From Synechococcus sp. (GTDB lineage: Bacteria > Cyanobacteriota > Cyanobacteriia > Thermostichales > PCC-7336): 64,000 nt of DNA. Of this stretch, positions 61,150 through 64,000 are shown piece by piece; the stretch's first letter is position 1, and every line of letters begins with the position of its first letter. The stretch is from assembly GCA_051439605.1 (NCBI GenBank), contig JBFRWN010000013.1:1-64000 (forward strand), written 5' to 3'. Position numbers and translations under genes: made by a program. Below the pieces are notes generated by a model. It had not been told where the DNA came from and searched no databases. It saw only the letters and a program-made list of their open reading frames with translations.

Positions 61150-61437
61150 CTATCTAGCTAGAGACTTCTCTTTCCTCTTGCCGGAAGGTTCGGAGGGGGC
61201 TTCTGTCAGAGATTGAATGTTGGACAGATAAGCTTTTAGATCTTGACCGACGCGATTGCGATCGCCTTTTCCAAGTTGAGAGAGATTAATCTTGATTGCT
61301 TTAGGCATGTATACATAGTTAACGTTAGCCCAATAAATATAACCCATGAAGGACCTTATTGCACCGACGGAAAACCGAACCTTAGAAATATTCGGTAATG
61401 GGTCGATGACCTCTTGAGCACCTGTACGATTAAGCAT
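61150..61437 (-). CDS. Hypothetical protein
   Basis: 95-aa ATG-started ORF filling the intergenic gap. Confidence 0.4.
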   Translation of the reverse strand: MLNRTGAQEVIDPLPNISKVRFSVGAIRSFMGYIYWANVNYVYMPKAIKINLSQLGKGDRNRVGQDLKAYLSNIQSLTEAPSEPSGKRKEKSLAR

Positions 61438-61783
61438 TCTCTACCATGCCTTTGCTTTAAAATGTATTAGTTTTGCACGTACATCAATATGATTGACGCT
61501 TCTCCGATGCCCTGAAGTGAAGCCCTAATCCAATGGGATTGACTTCGTTAAATTGAACGAACCTACAGGCTTATCGTTCACTTCTTCGGTCATTACTTTA
61601 ACAACAGACGAGTCTCAGAGAACATCACCCATCCCCGTAAGGTGTAAGGCCGGAAGTCAGCGGAAAACATCCACACGCCGCAAACCTACGTAGAGCGGTT
61701 GAGGGGACTTGCAGAGAGACGATTAGGGGTTGGGCACTCTACTGTCATATTGTTTTCTCTGCCCTTCAAGCTCCCTTGCCATC

Positions 61784-62686
61784 ATGAAATTCATGCAGCA
61801 TTTTGCCAAAGCGACTCTCTGCTCGATGGCAGTGATCGCCCTGCAAGCCGGTCTGTCTCAACCCAGCAGCAGTCAAACTGAGAAGACATTTTTATGGGAA
61901 ATTGAAACCCTCACCAATAGTGTTTATTTATTAGGTTCTATCCATTTTTTACGTCCAACGGATTATCCACTCTCCCCTGCGGTGCAGGCGGCTTTTGACG
62001 ATGCGGAAAATCTGGTATTTGAAGTGCATCCTGCTGAAATGACCGATCCTGGGCTGGCCGTCAAATTTCTACAGGGGGCTGCTCCCGAAGGAAGCGATGA
62101 ATCCCTACAAAATGCCCTGACCTCTGAAGTGTACGCCCAAGCTAGGGATGCAGCCTCAGGAGTTGGTTTATCCATCGAACCCTTTAATCAATTTGAGCCC
62201 TGGTTTTTTGCGGTTACTCTTTCAGCCCAAAAGTTGGTTCAGCTGGGTTTTACTCCAAACAGTGGTGTGGAGATGTATCTATACAACCAGGCATTGAGTA
62301 GCGGAAAAGGGGTGTCCGGTTTAGAAACGGTGACGGAGCAACTGAGTTTTTTAGATAACTTATCCCCCGCTGCCCAGCGGGATTTTGTTACCCAGACAGT
62401 ACAGGAGGTGGAGCTGTTGGGGACAGTCCTAGACCCAATGGTGCAATCTTGGAAGGCTGGAGATGTGGAGCAGTTTGAAGACTTAACCGAGGCGAGTTTT
62501 GGTGGGGCATCCGAAATTCAAGACAGATTGCTAACGCAGCGCAATCACAATTGGATGCCCCAGATCGAATCTCTACTCAATCAAACCGACGATTATTTAG
62601 TGGTGGTAGGTTCAGCTCATATGGTGACCGACAGCGGTCTCATTAATCTGTTAGAAGCGAAAGGCTATTCCGTTCAGCAGCGCTAG
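61784..62686 (+). CDS. TraB/GumN family protein
   Basis: Signal peptide, FLWEI, YLLGSIH, GLET..EQL, RNHNW, VVVGSAH. Confidence 0.9.
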   Translation: MKFMQHFAKATLCSMAVIALQAGLSQPSSSQTEKTFLWEIETLTNSVYLLGSIHFLRPTDYPLSPAVQAAFDDAENLVFEVHPAEMTDPGLAVKFLQGAAPEGSDESLQNALTSEVYAQARDAASGVGLSIEPFNQFEPWFFAVTLSAQKLVQLGFTPNSGVEMYLYNQALSSGKGVSGLETVTEQLSFLDNLSPAAQRDFVTQTVQEVELLGTVLDPMVQSWKAGDVEQFEDLTEASFGGASEIQDRLLTQRNHNWMPQIESLLNQTDDYLVVVGSAHMVTDSGLINLLEAKGYSVQQR

Positions 62687-62718
62687 TCACTTAGGTTGTA
62701 TGCTCCAACAGCTCTTCC

Positions 62719-64000
62719 TCAGCCGACCTGTTCCTCTCGAGGACAGCGCTCTGAACGACTGACCCATAGCCGTTCCCAATTTTTAGCAGCCATCATCAAA
62801 TACAGTACGGCTCCATTTTCCAACCGACTTGCCAACAGTTCATGGCCGTGAATTCGCTTGCCATTCTTTTCTAGATAAAGGGGTGTAAAGCCTTCCGTGG
62901 CTGCAGATTCACTGAGACGTCTGTCGTGGAGGGGATGCCGAGGGGTCACTAAGGTGGCGATCGCAATCCACAAGCCATTGGAGGTGAGGCAATTGCCAAA
63001 GACCCTTCCACCGATTGCAGCAGCAGAAAAAGCTGGTGCTGCCAGTTCGGTCGGGCTCATCACCATATCAAAGTCAAACACTGTTTGAATTTGTCGGGCA
63101 AATTTTGGATCGTGCACCCGAACTAGCACCGGCAGACGAGGGGCCAAGCTTTTGGCAATGATGGCAATTTCAAGATTGACCGTATCGTTGCTGGTGACGG
63201 CCAGTAGCGAAGCAGCTTTATGAATATTCGCAGCCTTGAGCGTATCTGGGACGCTGGCATCCCCAATTAAAAACGGGATCTTTTGATTCCTTGCCGCACC
63301 TAAATAGCGACTATTCGGATCGCACTCAATCGCGACCTGCTCGATACCGATATCTCTGAACTGCTCTAAAATCTTGACCCCCACCCCCCCCAGACCGCAT
63401 AAAATGTGGTGTCCGCTGTTGGGCAACTGGATGGCGGTCCAAAGCTTTTGCAAGTGCATGCCCAAAATAAAATCATTCAGCAACGCGTAACAGATGCCAA
63501 TTACTCCAGCACCCACAAGCATCATCACGGCTGTGAAAACTTTGACGAGTGCCGAGGCTTGCTCTGCCACCTCCTCCTGCCCGCCAGCCCCGGTGATCAT
63601 TCCCATCGAGAAATACAGAGCATCGACCCAGGATATTTCCGAATTGCTGCTGATATAGGTTAGGGTTGCTACACCTATGGTGAGCATGAGTGCTAACAGA
63701 ACCCACAGTACCGCTTGACCTTGGTGACGTACCTGCACAAAGCTGCCCAGCAATCGTCGCATGCGAAACTTCAGGGGCGAGCGTCGCTGCCGTTGGGATG
63801 GACGGTTCGATAGCACCAACCGATCGCCCACCTCCAAGACATGCCCCTCCCGAACACCGGTCATTAAGTCCATATTGGACGTGGCAGAACGGTACGCAAT
63901 CAGCATGCGGGTGGGGTTTTCCCAAAGGGCCTGTAGCGATCGCCCACACCAAGGATGATCGGCTGCGATCGTTTGCTCTTCAATTGGCCAGTTGTAGTTA
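62719..64000 (-). CDS. Potassium channel/TrkA-N (RCK) domain protein, 5' end outside window
   Basis: Channel segment (DALYFS..ITGAGG), GLGGVG Rossmann motif; frame stays open to the window edge. Confidence 0.85.
   Translation of the reverse strand, partial: NYNWPIEEQTIAADHPWCGRSLQALWENPTRMLIAYRSATSNMDLMTGVREGHVLEVGDRLVLSNRPSQRQRRSPLKFRMRRLLGSFVQVRHQGQAVLWVLLALMLTIGVATLTYISSNSEISWVDALYFSMGMITGAGGQEEVAEQASALVKVFTAVMMLVGAGVIGICYALLNDFILGMHLQKLWTAIQLPNSGHHILCGLGGVGVKILEQFRDIGIEQVAIECDPNSRYLGAARNQKIPFLIGDASVPDTLKAANIHKAASLLAVTSNDTVNLEIAIIAKSLAPRLPVLVRVHDPKFARQIQTVFDFDMVMSPTELAAPAFSAAAIGGRVFGNCLTSNGLWIAIATLVTPRHPLHDRRLSESAATEGFTPLYLEKNGKRIHGHELLASRLENGAVLYLMMAAKNWERLWVSRSERCPREEQVG

Noticed and set aside
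61784..62686. TraB/GumN gene as part of the conjugation system
   Set aside because: The name refers to a different protein family, and the gene lies in the host region ~18 kb outside the element
1..64000. Abundant GCGATCGC palindromes as a novel repeat
   Set aside because: This is the well-known cyanobacterial HIP1 sequence

Overview
Cyanobacterial chromosomal DNA (frequent HIP1 octamer GCGATCGC, a CpcD-domain gene, cyanobacterial-type glyQ/gshB/pdhAB/clpB). Bases 1 to ~43,150 are the right-hand part of a large integrative conjugative element inserted at the 3' end of a tRNA-Thr(UGU) gene; I found no second att copy, so its left end probably lies before position 1. The element encodes a ParM-type partition module, a candidate oriT, a MOBF relaxase-helicase-primase fusion, a VirD4-type coupling protein, a cyanobacterial T4SS operon (VirB4, VirB6/8/9/10-like, M23 peptidase) and a primase-helicase/excisionase/tyrosine integrase module. 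Its cargo includes (i) a membrane-anchored nSTAND1-WD40 NLR-like protein whose N-terminal ~26-aa motif is repeated at the N-terminus of the small upstream helical protein, a candidate amyloid/homotypic signalling pair and the most striking observation here; (ii) an AT-rich small ORF-YcaO-GNAT cassette; and (iii) a NACHT-TPR/MFS/kinase operon, separated from the YcaO cassette by a decayed group II intron and an IS701 pseudogene. Bases ~43,150-64,000 are mostly ordinary housekeeping genes with one recently inserted IS. All family assignments come from motifs recognised by eye; no searches were run.
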